DNA from: Kiritimatiella glycovorans
GTDB lineage: Bacteria > Verrucomicrobiota > Kiritimatiellia > Kiritimatiellales > Kiritimatiellaceae
Assembly (NCBI RefSeq): GCF_001017655.1
Contig: NZ_CP010904.1
Location: 2,610,001-2,642,000, forward strand
Length of the DNA stretch: 32,000 nt
Reading direction: 5' to 3'
Part shown: positions 10,757 to 18,714 of the stretch, piece by piece
Numbering within the stretch: the stretch's first letter is position 1
Layout: the number at the start of each line of letters is the position of its first letter
Translations under genes and position numbers: made by a program
Notes under the pieces: generated by a model
The model's input: only the letters and a program-made list of their open reading frames with translations
The model's database searches: none
Told to the model about the DNA's origin: nothing

Positions 10757-10887
10757 CGTTCTTTGTCGGCGATTTGAGGCCGATCCCATGATCTCTCAAC
10801 ACCGGGACTCGCTGATTGACGGAGGAACAGGAGGCTCGTAGAGCCGCCACTATAAAAACCGGCCATCTGATACGCACGCTTCGCGCG

Positions 10888-10927
10888 AAAAAAAACGGGC
10901 GGTCCTGCTGTTCAGCAGGACCGCCCG
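10888..10927 (-). terminator. Rho-independent terminator of the pilus-like operon
   Basis: 14-bp perfect GC-rich stem (10896-10909 / 10914-10927, loop gttc) followed on the minus strand by 8 T (A-run 10888-10895). It lies 25 nt downstream of the secretin stop. Confidence 0.85.
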
Positions 10928-10951
10928 CCAGGGCTTCGGGGAGTCTACGAT

Positions 10952-13303
10952 TTACCGCTGCATCGACTTCGTCATCTGCTCAACCGACTGCCGATCCTGG
11001 GTTTTGTACCCGTAGGCGTCGACCCGGTTCGCGGTCACGAAGATGAGCAGGTTCTTCTTTTCGCTCCGCTCACCTTCCGACCGGAAGAAGCGCCCGACGT
11101 AGGGAACATCGCCGAGCAGCGGGACCTTGTCCTCAAAGGAACTGGTGGACTCATTGATCAGTCCGCCCATGACCACCGTGCTTCCGTCGGCGACGGAGAG
11201 CTGCGTGGTGACGGTGCGTTCACGGAATACCGGCATCGTGACCGTGAGCGGATCCGAGTCCTGGAAGGCGGGGTACACGGTGCGGGGTTCGTCCTCGCCG
11301 AGGTACTCACGGATCAGGGGCTCAAGTTCCAGATTAATCGTGTTGCTCTCCGTGTCGACATCGGGACGGACGCGGAGGATATAACCGAGTTCCTTATCCT
11401 CGTAATCCGTAGGCTCGATGTAAGCGAGCGGGATGCCCTGCACGGCGCCTTCGCCGCTGACACTGATCTCTTCGGTATCGAAGTCCATCGGGAACCGGCG
11501 GACGATAACCACCTTGATCGTGGCCTCTTCGCCGCTCTTCGTGGTCACCTTCGGCGCGGATAGCAGGTCGGCGGCGCCGCTCTGCTCCAGCGCGCGAATC
11601 TGGACATCCACCTGCGTCCCGTCGATCTTTGAGATCAGGAAGTCGGAGGTAGCCGTACTGAAGAAATCCTGCACCAGACTGCCGGTCTGGTCCTGATAGG
11701 GGGAATCCTGGGGAAGCTGAGCATTAGGATCGCCGCTGTTGCGAAGACCATCGCTGAAGAGCGGCGTGCCGTCCGTCGGGTCGCCGGGCGTACCGTCGCT
11801 TCCGATCTGGTAGTCTCCGCCGCCGGCGGTAATGACATCATTCAAGGTCCAGTCGAACCCGAGTTCGGAGAGCGCGCCTTCATTGACTTCCACGAACTTG
11901 GCCTCGATTTCCACCTGGGCGGAAAGCTGTTCGCGCGCTTTCTGGGTCAGACGCTCGATCAGCTTTTCGATCATGTCGAGGTTCTGCGGCGTGTTGCGGA
12001 CCGTCAGCGTGTTGAATTTCGGCCTGTACACGGCTGTCGCGCCCTGCGGGAATTCGACCCCGCTGAAGAAACCGGCTACGTCGATCGCGCCGCTGGTGCC
12101 GCCGCCACCGCCGCCACCACCGCCGGTCGTTTCGCCGAACAGCTCGAAGCCGCCACCGCCGCCGCCGCGGCCGCCGCCGGTATCTTCGCCATCACCCGCC
12201 TGGGCTTCCATTTCCTGGCCGATGGCGGGGATGACATCGTACGTGCGCAATTCGAGCTTTTCACGCGCCACGTAGCCGACGGGCGTAATCGTAACCACGT
12301 TCGGATTGACCTCGTACTTCAGGCCCGCCATTTCGGTGATGTACTTGAGGGCATCAAGCACGGAGATATCGCGCAGACTGATCGTGACGGTGATATCCTC
12401 AGCGCCGCCGCTCTGCTGGCCGCCGCCACCGCCGCCGAAACCGAATTCGTCCTCGTCATCTCCGCCACCCTGCTGGGACCGGGCCTTCGCGCTGTCGAGT
12501 CCGAGCAGAATAAAGTTCACGGGCTTGCCCTGCCGCTGACACATATCAGAGAGAAAGTTTACGACGTCCTTGATATTGGCTTCCCGGAAATCCAGTTCGG
12601 GAATGATGATATCTTCGAGCTTCTGTCGGAGCTGCTCGATTTTCTGCGCCTCTTCGGAAACCTTCCCTTCCTCTTCCTCTTCTCTGGGAAGGAGCGCTTC
12701 GCGCAGAGGGGGGTTCCAGGCCTTCTCGACATCGGCGAGCATGTCGGCCCGGGACGCACTGGTCTTGTCTTCGTAGGAGGCATTGCGCCGATCCGCAATT
12801 TTGCGCAGGTATTCGTTAGCTTCCTTATTGTAAGGGTCTTTGGATACGACCGTCTCGAACATGACGCGCGCCTGGTCGAATTTTCCCTTCTTGAAATAGT
12901 CCCGGCCACGGTCGATCATCTGATCGAGTTCATTGACCTCTTTGACCTTCTTTTCCTTTTTGGCGCGCTTTTCGGACTCTTCAGCCTTCTTGCGGGCTTG
13001 CTCGGCCGCTTCCTTTTCTTCGGCTTCCGCCGCAGCGTTCGCTTCCGCTTCGCTCTTCTCAGCCTTCATTGCCGCTTTCTTCTTTTCCGGTGCGGCTTTC
13101 ACTGCGGGGGCCTCAGGCTCGGCCTTCTCGGCCGGCTTTTCGACCTCAAACTTCGCTTCCGGCGCTTTCACTTCTTCTTCGGACGAAGTCTCACCGCCGG
13201 GGAGGTCCTCAAAAATCGACTCCATCGTCTCCTGCGCCGTCACGGCCTGAAATCCCGCAATGGTGATCACACCGACGACTATCATACTCAGTTTTCTGAA
13301 CAT
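10952..13303 (-). CDS. Secretin-family outer-membrane channel (PilQ/GspD-like; Amuc_1098-type)
   Basis: ORF 10952..13399 trimmed to ATG 13303 (MFRKLSMIVVGVITIAGFQAVTAQE signal peptide; AGGAG SD 8 nt upstream). The C-terminal secretin signature is TVVMGGLINE...KVPLLGDVPYVGRFFRSEGERSEKKNLLIFVTANRVD. The N-terminus has a K/E/A-rich stretch and a TPR-like segment. Confidence 0.85.
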   Translation of the reverse strand: MFRKLSMIVVGVITIAGFQAVTAQETMESIFEDLPGGETSSEEEVKAPEAKFEVEKPAEKAEPEAPAVKAAPEKKKAAMKAEKSEAEANAAAEAEEKEAAEQARKKAEESEKRAKKEKKVKEVNELDQMIDRGRDYFKKGKFDQARVMFETVVSKDPYNKEANEYLRKIADRRNASYEDKTSASRADMLADVEKAWNPPLREALLPREEEEEGKVSEEAQKIEQLRQKLEDIIIPELDFREANIKDVVNFLSDMCQRQGKPVNFILLGLDSAKARSQQGGGDDEDEFGFGGGGGGQQSGGAEDITVTISLRDISVLDALKYITEMAGLKYEVNPNVVTITPVGYVAREKLELRTYDVIPAIGQEMEAQAGDGEDTGGGRGGGGGGFELFGETTGGGGGGGGGTSGAIDVAGFFSGVEFPQGATAVYRPKFNTLTVRNTPQNLDMIEKLIERLTQKAREQLSAQVEIEAKFVEVNEGALSELGFDWTLNDVITAGGGDYQIGSDGTPGDPTDGTPLFSDGLRNSGDPNAQLPQDSPYQDQTGSLVQDFFSTATSDFLISKIDGTQVDVQIRALEQSGAADLLSAPKVTTKSGEEATIKVVIVRRFPMDFDTEEISVSGEGAVQGIPLAYIEPTDYEDKELGYILRVRPDVDTESNTINLELEPLIREYLGEDEPRTVYPAFQDSDPLTVTMPVFRERTVTTQLSVADGSTVVMGGLINESTSSFEDKVPLLGDVPYVGRFFRSEGERSEKKNLLIFVTANRVDAYGYKTQDRQSVEQMTKSMQR

Positions 13304-13485
13304 CGCGCTGCTCCTATGTTTTCGTGACAAATTTGTTCGCATCTCAAAAAGGGCGTTATAGGCATCGCTCGTGATTCCCGCAACAGTTTTCCGTTCCATT
13401 TTTATCTCCCTGGTCGACTGTTCTGCACTAGTGACCCTTTTCTTCTACGAACCGCTCCCCGGCCCCCCGCCGGCGAAGCTCTTCC

Positions 13486-14484
13486 CTATTCCCCGGTGAG
13501 CAGACGCCGCCGTTCCGCGTCGGTGAGCTTGGGCACCGTACTCTTGCGCCCGGTCTCCACGGCCTTCACGGTGACTTCTTCGTCCCGGATTTCAACGACT
13601 TCATACTGCTTTTCTTTGAGCGTGAATGTCTCGCCCACGCGCTTCACGAGCTTGCGGCTGTCCACCAGATAGATCATACCCGCCTTGACTTCGAAGGAAC
13701 TGATTTCCTTGCCCTGTTCGAGTGCGATCATCTTTTCGGCCTGTTCGAGGTAGAGCGTACGTTTGTCTTCGTCGTACCGTTTCACCTCGATCCCGGCAAC
13801 GCTCTGCCCGATTTCAACGAAGTGCGTCCGGCCGCCCTCCCGCAGGTTGAGTGCGAATACCCTGCTCCCGTCCGGGATGCGCGTCACAGACTTGAAGAGG
13901 AACTTGAAGGGGGTTTCGATGCGGCGCACCATCCGCAGCTTGGCCACGGGCGGCGGGAAGGAGCTGCTGTCCCGCGGGTCGGTGCCGGCGGTGTATTCCT
14001 CATAATTGGTGAAGCCGTCGTTATCCGCGTCACGCGTCGCGTCGGCGGCCACGGTGGGGTCGAACCCGTTTTCCCGTTCATACATATCCGGCATGCCGTC
14101 GCCATCGATGTCCACTTTTTCGGGATCCTTCAGCGCCGGCTGTTCGGCCCCGGTAAAGGGGCAGACTTCGGCCATATAGGGGATGGGATATCCTGAGCCG
14201 ACCGCGCGGACTCGGGTGCGGCTTGTGAACAGCGGCCGGCCGCTCTCCTTGAATTCCACGTCCCGCGTCATGGTCTCCATGGCGTTCCGGATCCGCTGCT
14301 GGGACACCGCCGCCGCCGCACTGACCTCCGCCGGCGGCGTTTCCCATGCGGCCGCCCGGACCTCCTGCCGGAGGCCGCGGATACGCATGACGCCGTAGAG
14401 CGCGGAAGCGGCCAGGAGTACAATGACGGCCGCGAGGGCCGCTTTTTCATAATGTCGCGCGATCCAGCCGAAGTTCCCTTTCAT
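13486..14484 (-). CDS. PilP-position pilus-like system protein (Amuc_1099-like): N-terminal TM anchor, TSP3-type Ca-binding repeats, two beta-rich modules
   Basis: TM helix AALAAVIVLLAASALYGV. Acidic repeats are DIDGDGMPDMYERENGFDP and DADNDGFTNYEEYTAGTDP. The C-terminal half resembles PilP/GspC-HR-like beta domains. The gene sits between the PilO-like gene and the secretin. Family naming is from memory. Confidence 0.5.
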   Translation of the reverse strand: MKGNFGWIARHYEKAALAAVIVLLAASALYGVMRIRGLRQEVRAAAWETPPAEVSAAAAVSQQRIRNAMETMTRDVEFKESGRPLFTSRTRVRAVGSGYPIPYMAEVCPFTGAEQPALKDPEKVDIDGDGMPDMYERENGFDPTVAADATRDADNDGFTNYEEYTAGTDPRDSSSFPPPVAKLRMVRRIETPFKFLFKSVTRIPDGSRVFALNLREGGRTHFVEIGQSVAGIEVKRYDEDKRTLYLEQAEKMIALEQGKEISSFEVKAGMIYLVDSRKLVKRVGETFTLKEKQYEVVEIRDEEVTVKAVETGRKSTVPKLTDAERRRLLTGE

Positions 14485-14488
14485 GACC

Positions 14489-15475
14489 TCACTCGCTCTC
14501 CTTCAGGGCAATGTTGGACGCAAACCGGTAGACATCCACCACCATAGTGACCGTGATCGTCTCGTCACCGGCGATCTTGCGCGCCTCCCGGCTTGCCTCG
14601 GTTTCGGCCTCGACCGTCTGATCCTGCGAACCCGAATCGCCGCCTTGCCCCTGCTCCGCCTCCTGTTTGGCCGATTCGGGGTCGAAATCGAGAATATCCG
14701 ACTGCGTGTCCGTGTTGACGATCTTTACCACCGAGAAGCGGTCGCTGTGGCTCAAGGCGTGCAGGATGCGCCAGATCGGCGCTTCCTTGGTGTTGAACGA
14801 CATCTGGACGCGCTCCGCGGTAAACAGGTCGTCGGGGTCGACATGGCTGGCCTCGAGCGAGCCCGCTTCGGCGGGCTGGCCCTGATCGCCCCCCCGGCTT
14901 CCGCGCCGGCCTGTCCGCGGCTCCGCCGCCGCGCGGAGCGCCTGTTCGAAAACATCGCGTTTGATGTCGGTGACCTCACGGACTCCCGACACGCAGAGCA
15001 CATGGAACAGCGTCTCCACGGCGTAGAGCTGATTGACGAGGCGGTCGACGTACTTATCCTGGGGAATGGTCCCCTGCACGTAGCGGCTGAACCCGAAACT
15101 GAAATCCTCCGGGACGGCAACGCGTGCGTCCTCGGCCCATCCGACCATCCGCTCACGGGTGCGGCCCAGCAGCGAGGCGAAGGCCACGGGGGCGATATTC
15201 TCGTTGGGCCGCTGCTCGCGCCGCATCAGCTCGATCAGATCAACCATGTGGTCCTGAAGCTGATTTACGTTCTCCTTCATCTGCGCCACGTTCTCTTTGC
15301 TGGGGAACGGGTCCCGGCGATTCAGCTCCCGGAGGCGCTCCTGCTGCTGCTTGAGTTCGCCGCCGACACGCAGAGCCTTTACCTGTTCGCGAACGGTGTA
15401 GACCAGCGTCCCGATGAGGAGCACGGCCAGTATGCCGCCGCCCACGATCAACAGCATGTGTTTGCGCCACTTCAT
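14489..15475 (-). CDS. PilO-position pilus-like protein (Amuc_1100-like): TM anchor, coiled coil, C-terminal alpha/beta domain
   Basis: It has an N-terminal TM helix (MLLIVGGGILAVLLIGTLVY), then coiled coil (KQQQERLRELN...NVNQLQDHMVDLIELM). It shares a 4-nt ATGA overlap with the upstream PilM/N gene and ends 4 nt before the next gene. Size and layout match the Akkermansia Amuc_1100 class as I recall it. Confidence 0.5.
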   Translation of the reverse strand: MKWRKHMLLIVGGGILAVLLIGTLVYTVREQVKALRVGGELKQQQERLRELNRRDPFPSKENVAQMKENVNQLQDHMVDLIELMRREQRPNENIAPVAFASLLGRTRERMVGWAEDARVAVPEDFSFGFSRYVQGTIPQDKYVDRLVNQLYAVETLFHVLCVSGVREVTDIKRDVFEQALRAAAEPRTGRRGSRGGDQGQPAEAGSLEASHVDPDDLFTAERVQMSFNTKEAPIWRILHALSHSDRFSVVKIVNTDTQSDILDFDPESAKQEAEQGQGGDSGSQDQTVEAETEASREARKIAGDETITVTMVVDVYRFASNIALKESE

Positions 15476-17181
15476 AGTTCAAACGGCTCCTTGAAGGCGA
15501 TCTCGATCACGTATTCCTGGGCGAAGGTTCCGGGGAGGGGCTGCTTTACGATTTTTGTGCCCTCGCCGAACGGCTCCATGGCCTTGAGCCGGTTCCAGAA
15601 CTCGGTCACCGAATTTTCGTCGACCTTATCCAGGTAGCCGAAGCCCGATATCCGCACGCCCGTAAGCTGCCGATGGTCCATCAGCCCGCCGCCCCCATTC
15701 TGCGGCTGCGGCATGCCGCGCATGCGGGAGCGTCCCCCGGCCTGCGCCTGCTGTTCCGAGTCGGCGAACATCGACTCCGTCTTAAAGACGTACATGCCCT
15801 CGGGGATCGCCGAGACGAGACGGTTCATTACGTTCATCCAGGTGTCGCGACGGCCCACGAGTCCCAGAAGTCTCGACTGATAGCGCTTGAGGACTTCTGC
15901 CTGTCGCTCCTGCAGTTCGAGTTTCTTTTCGATCTGCTCAAGATGCCGCACGCGATCGCTCACCCCTTCGAGCGCCTGCTGATTGAGGCTGGCGGTCGTG
16001 GAAAAGTAGTAGCCCCAGGCCGCGACCGTGAGCACCAGCAGCGCAAGCGCCGCCACGAGTGCGGGTTCCTTGCGGCGGAACGTCTTTTCGCGCACCAGCC
16101 GCGCCGGCATAAGGTTGATTTCCAGCGGGCAGGGCTGAACCTTACGCAAGGCCAGGCCGACGAGCTCATTCAGCGCGCCCCGGTCGCTTTCGAGCTGCGC
16201 GGAGTCGATGCCGGAATCCACCTCCACCGCCTTGAGGGCGTCGAGGTTTTCGACGGGGACGCCGAGCTTCTGACCCAGGAACTCGGCGAGACCCTCGATA
16301 CGGGCCGTCCCCCCGGCCAGCATGATGCGCTTCGGGGGGTTGCCGTTCTGCTGAGTACGGTAAAAATTGATCGAACGGTTGATTTCCATGTGCAGCCGGT
16401 TGGCCGTATTCTGCACGCACTGCCGGACTTTGGCCGCCTGCTCGTCTCCGGAAGACTCCTGCGTACCGCCCAGCTTTGCGTGGGCAAGCTTGAGCTGTTC
16501 GGCCTCGGCGTTCTCCACTTCGAGTTCGCGCGCGATCTGCTGGGTGATGGTATGGCCCGCGACGGGGACGCTCCGGATAAAGGCGCGATCCGCCTCCATG
16601 AACACGAGATCGGTCGAGCGGGCCCCGATGTCGATCACCAGCGTGCTCTCTTCCGGCAGCCCGTAGTTGTAGCGCGCGGCGTTGTAGAGCGCCATCGGCG
16701 CCACGTCGAGCACGTCGGGATCCAGCCCCGCCTGCTCCACCGCCGAGGAAATGCCCTCGACCATGTCCGCCTTGATGGCGGCCAGCATGACCCGGACGTC
16801 CTCCTCGCCACGCTCGACGAGCTGGTAATCCCAGACTACCTCGTCGATCGGGAAGGGCACATTCTGGACGGCCTCGTACTGGACGATCTGCTGGATCTTG
16901 TCCTGTTCAACCGGCGGGCAGCTTACAAAACGCGAAAAAACCGACTGTCCGGCAACGCTGACCACCGCCGTGCCCGCGGCGATTCTGTGTTCGCTCATCA
17001 GGCTCTTGAGCGTGCGGGTGATCTGCAGTTCGCGGTTCGCCTCTTCCCCGGCTCCGGGATCGATGGGCGCCATGCCGAACCGGTGCAGCCGGATCCCGCC
17101 TTCCCCGCTACGTATAAATTCCGCCAGCTTGACGCTTGCGGCTCCGATGTCCACCGCGAGAATGCGTTTGGATTTCATCAT
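15472..17181 (-). CDS. pilM: PilM-PilN fusion protein (actin-like ATPase fold, then TM and PilN-like periplasmic domain; Amuc_1101-type)
   Basis: N-terminus ILAVDIGAASVKLAEF...QYEAVQNVPFPIDEVVWDYQL...VIDIGARSTDLVF...MLAGGTARIEGLAEFL is PilM/FtsA-like. It is followed by EINLMPARLV, the TM helix ALVAALALLVLTVAAWGYYF, then a coiled coil, which is PilN-like. Confidence 0.85.
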   Translation of the reverse strand: MMKSKRILAVDIGAASVKLAEFIRSGEGGIRLHRFGMAPIDPGAGEEANRELQITRTLKSLMSEHRIAAGTAVVSVAGQSVFSRFVSCPPVEQDKIQQIVQYEAVQNVPFPIDEVVWDYQLVERGEEDVRVMLAAIKADMVEGISSAVEQAGLDPDVLDVAPMALYNAARYNYGLPEESTLVIDIGARSTDLVFMEADRAFIRSVPVAGHTITQQIARELEVENAEAEQLKLAHAKLGGTQESSGDEQAAKVRQCVQNTANRLHMEINRSINFYRTQQNGNPPKRIMLAGGTARIEGLAEFLGQKLGVPVENLDALKAVEVDSGIDSAQLESDRGALNELVGLALRKVQPCPLEINLMPARLVREKTFRRKEPALVAALALLVLTVAAWGYYFSTTASLNQQALEGVSDRVRHLEQIEKKLELQERQAEVLKRYQSRLLGLVGRRDTWMNVMNRLVSAIPEGMYVFKTESMFADSEQQAQAGGRSRMRGMPQPQNGGGGLMDHRQLTGVRISGFGYLDKVDENSVTEFWNRLKAMEPFGEGTKIVKQPLPGTFAQEYVIEIAFKEPFEL

Positions 17182-17206
17182 CCGTCTCGTCCCCGACCGT
17201 TACAGT

Positions 17207-17827
17207 TTACCGCGCCGCCGGCTTGATCTCTTCGTACTGTTCAATGTTGATAAAGGCAAAAGGCGTCTCAAGACGGTTCCGGAGCACCCCTTCACGCACG
17301 GAGAACTGTTCCCACCAGCGGCCCTGACCCTGGCGACTGCTCTCCCCGGCGATCTCACGTCCCTTATAGCTCACAAGCACCGCCCACTCGAGTATATCGC
17401 CGTCGTAGAAACGCCGGAGCGAATTGGGGTGCATGAAGACTTCGCTGAAATGCTCGTCGCCCTGGTAGATGTACACATAATCAATTTTTTTGTGGAACAC
17501 CACGGGCTGCGGGCTCTCCTGCCGGCCTTCCATCTCAGGAGGACGCATCAGCACATAGTAATCGAACGTAAGCTCATCGATCCACTCGGGCATGGTTTCG
17601 TATTCGACCACCATGCGGAACCATGTCTTCCTCGCTTCGTCCCGGATATTCAACCCGGCGGAACTGACGTCGTAATCCGGGGTCTTGGGCGCGGTGTCGG
17701 GGAAAACCTCCACTTCCGCGATTTCAAATCCGACCTCCTGCGCCTCGGCCGCAGTGCTGCTGAAGGACAGAACGAGGGCTGTGACGATTCCCAGGGCCGT
17801 GAGGCTCCTTCCGATAACGATTTTCAT
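17207..17827 (-). CDS. Secreted pilus-cluster protein (Amuc_1102-like), first gene of the operon
   Basis: Signal peptide MKIVIGRSLTALGIVTALVLSFSSTAAEAQE. GAGGAGG SD upstream. The gene ends 25 nt before pilM/N. No known domain is recognisable by eye; assignment is by position only. Confidence 0.4.
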   Translation of the reverse strand: MKIVIGRSLTALGIVTALVLSFSSTAAEAQEVGFEIAEVEVFPDTAPKTPDYDVSSAGLNIRDEARKTWFRMVVEYETMPEWIDELTFDYYVLMRPPEMEGRQESPQPVVFHKKIDYVYIYQGDEHFSEVFMHPNSLRRFYDGDILEWAVLVSYKGREIAGESSRQGQGRWWEQFSVREGVLRNRLETPFAFINIEQYEEIKPAAR

Positions 17828-17884
17828 TTTGCGCCCTCCTCAGGTTGTCCCGAAACGCGAATAGAAGCAGTTCAAGGATGGGCG

Positions 17885-17913
17885 AATCTATGCTCACCTG
17901 CGCAACCTGTCAA
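17885..17913 (-). promoter_or_regulatory. Candidate sigma70-type promoter of the pilus-like operon
   Basis: The minus strand reads TTGACA (17913-17908), a 17-nt spacer, then TAGATT (17890-17885). It lies about 55 nt upstream of ATG 17827, in the 110-bp gap after bioC. Confidence 0.4.
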
Positions 17914-17937
17914 AACAAAAAGCAAATACAGGCTGCA

Positions 17938-18714
17938 TTAAACCATCCCTGTATCAAAAAAACCGACCCGGTAGGTCGCCGGCAGACCCGCCGGTCCGGC
18001 GTGTCTGTGCCGATATATTTCTTTCAGCTTCCTCAGCTCGCCGCGGGTCAGTCCGCGCCGTCTTGCGGAGGGCGATCCGGTGACGCCCCGCTCGTGAAGG
18101 TCACGGAGGAGATCTTCCGCGCAGGGGTAGTACACGGTGCGGGTTTCAGTCTTTACGCGATCGGCGTTCATGCCGGCCTCCGCAAGGGCCCGGCCGACCC
18201 CGCCCTCGGAGGGCAGGCTCACGGGGGGCTCCACGCCGGGCGCCGCCGCACACCGCGCCGCGGAGAGCTCCTCGAGCGTACCCTCGAGCATGAGCGCGAA
18301 GGTGACGCGGGCTCCGTCCTCCAGGCATGCCGCGAGGGCGCGGAACAGCGCGGCGAGATCGGGAATCCAGTGGAGCGCCGAACTGCTGACCGCGCGGCTG
18401 AAGGGCCCTTCCGGAAGAGAGACCCGCATGTCGCGAACTTCGGTCGTAAGCTTCGGACCGCCCGCCGTCTTGGCCCGGCATACGTCGATCATGGCCGCGG
18501 AGGCATCGATGGCGTGAACGGCGGGCCGCGGGTTCAGAGCACAGAGCTGACGCGTAAGCAGTCCGGTCCCGCACCCCAGCTCCAGCACGCGGTCGGCCTC
18601 TTCAGGCAGCTCCATCCAGCGCACCAGTTCGCGCGCGACCTCCGCCTGCACGGCGGCGCCCGATTCATACGCGGCCGCGGCGGCGGAGAATCTTCTGCTC
18701 ACGTTTCCGCTCAT
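17938..18714 (-). CDS. bioC: Malonyl-[ACP] O-methyltransferase
   Basis: ORF 17938..18852 trimmed to ATG 18714 (MSGNVSRRFSAAAAAYESGAAVQAEVAREL...). Motif I is VLELGCGTGLLT. It has SSSALHWIPDL and a typical BioC tail (PATYRVGFF). ATGA overlap with the bioF-bioH stop. Confidence 0.8.
   Translation of the reverse strand: MSGNVSRRFSAAAAAYESGAAVQAEVARELVRWMELPEEADRVLELGCGTGLLTRQLCALNPRPAVHAIDASAAMIDVCRAKTAGGPKLTTEVRDMRVSLPEGPFSRAVSSSALHWIPDLAALFRALAACLEDGARVTFALMLEGTLEELSAARCAAAPGVEPPVSLPSEGGVGRALAEAGMNADRVKTETRTVYYPCAEDLLRDLHERGVTGSPSARRRGLTRGELRKLKEIYRHRHAGPAGLPATYRVGFFDTGMV

Noticed and set aside
9990-10877. Minus-strand ORFs in the islet (9990..10298, 10493..10696, 10686..10877), considered as toxin-antitoxin or defence genes.
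   Set aside because: They are antisense to the DUF2335-type gene or span the intergenic region. Their composition is low-complexity, with no motifs and no SDs.
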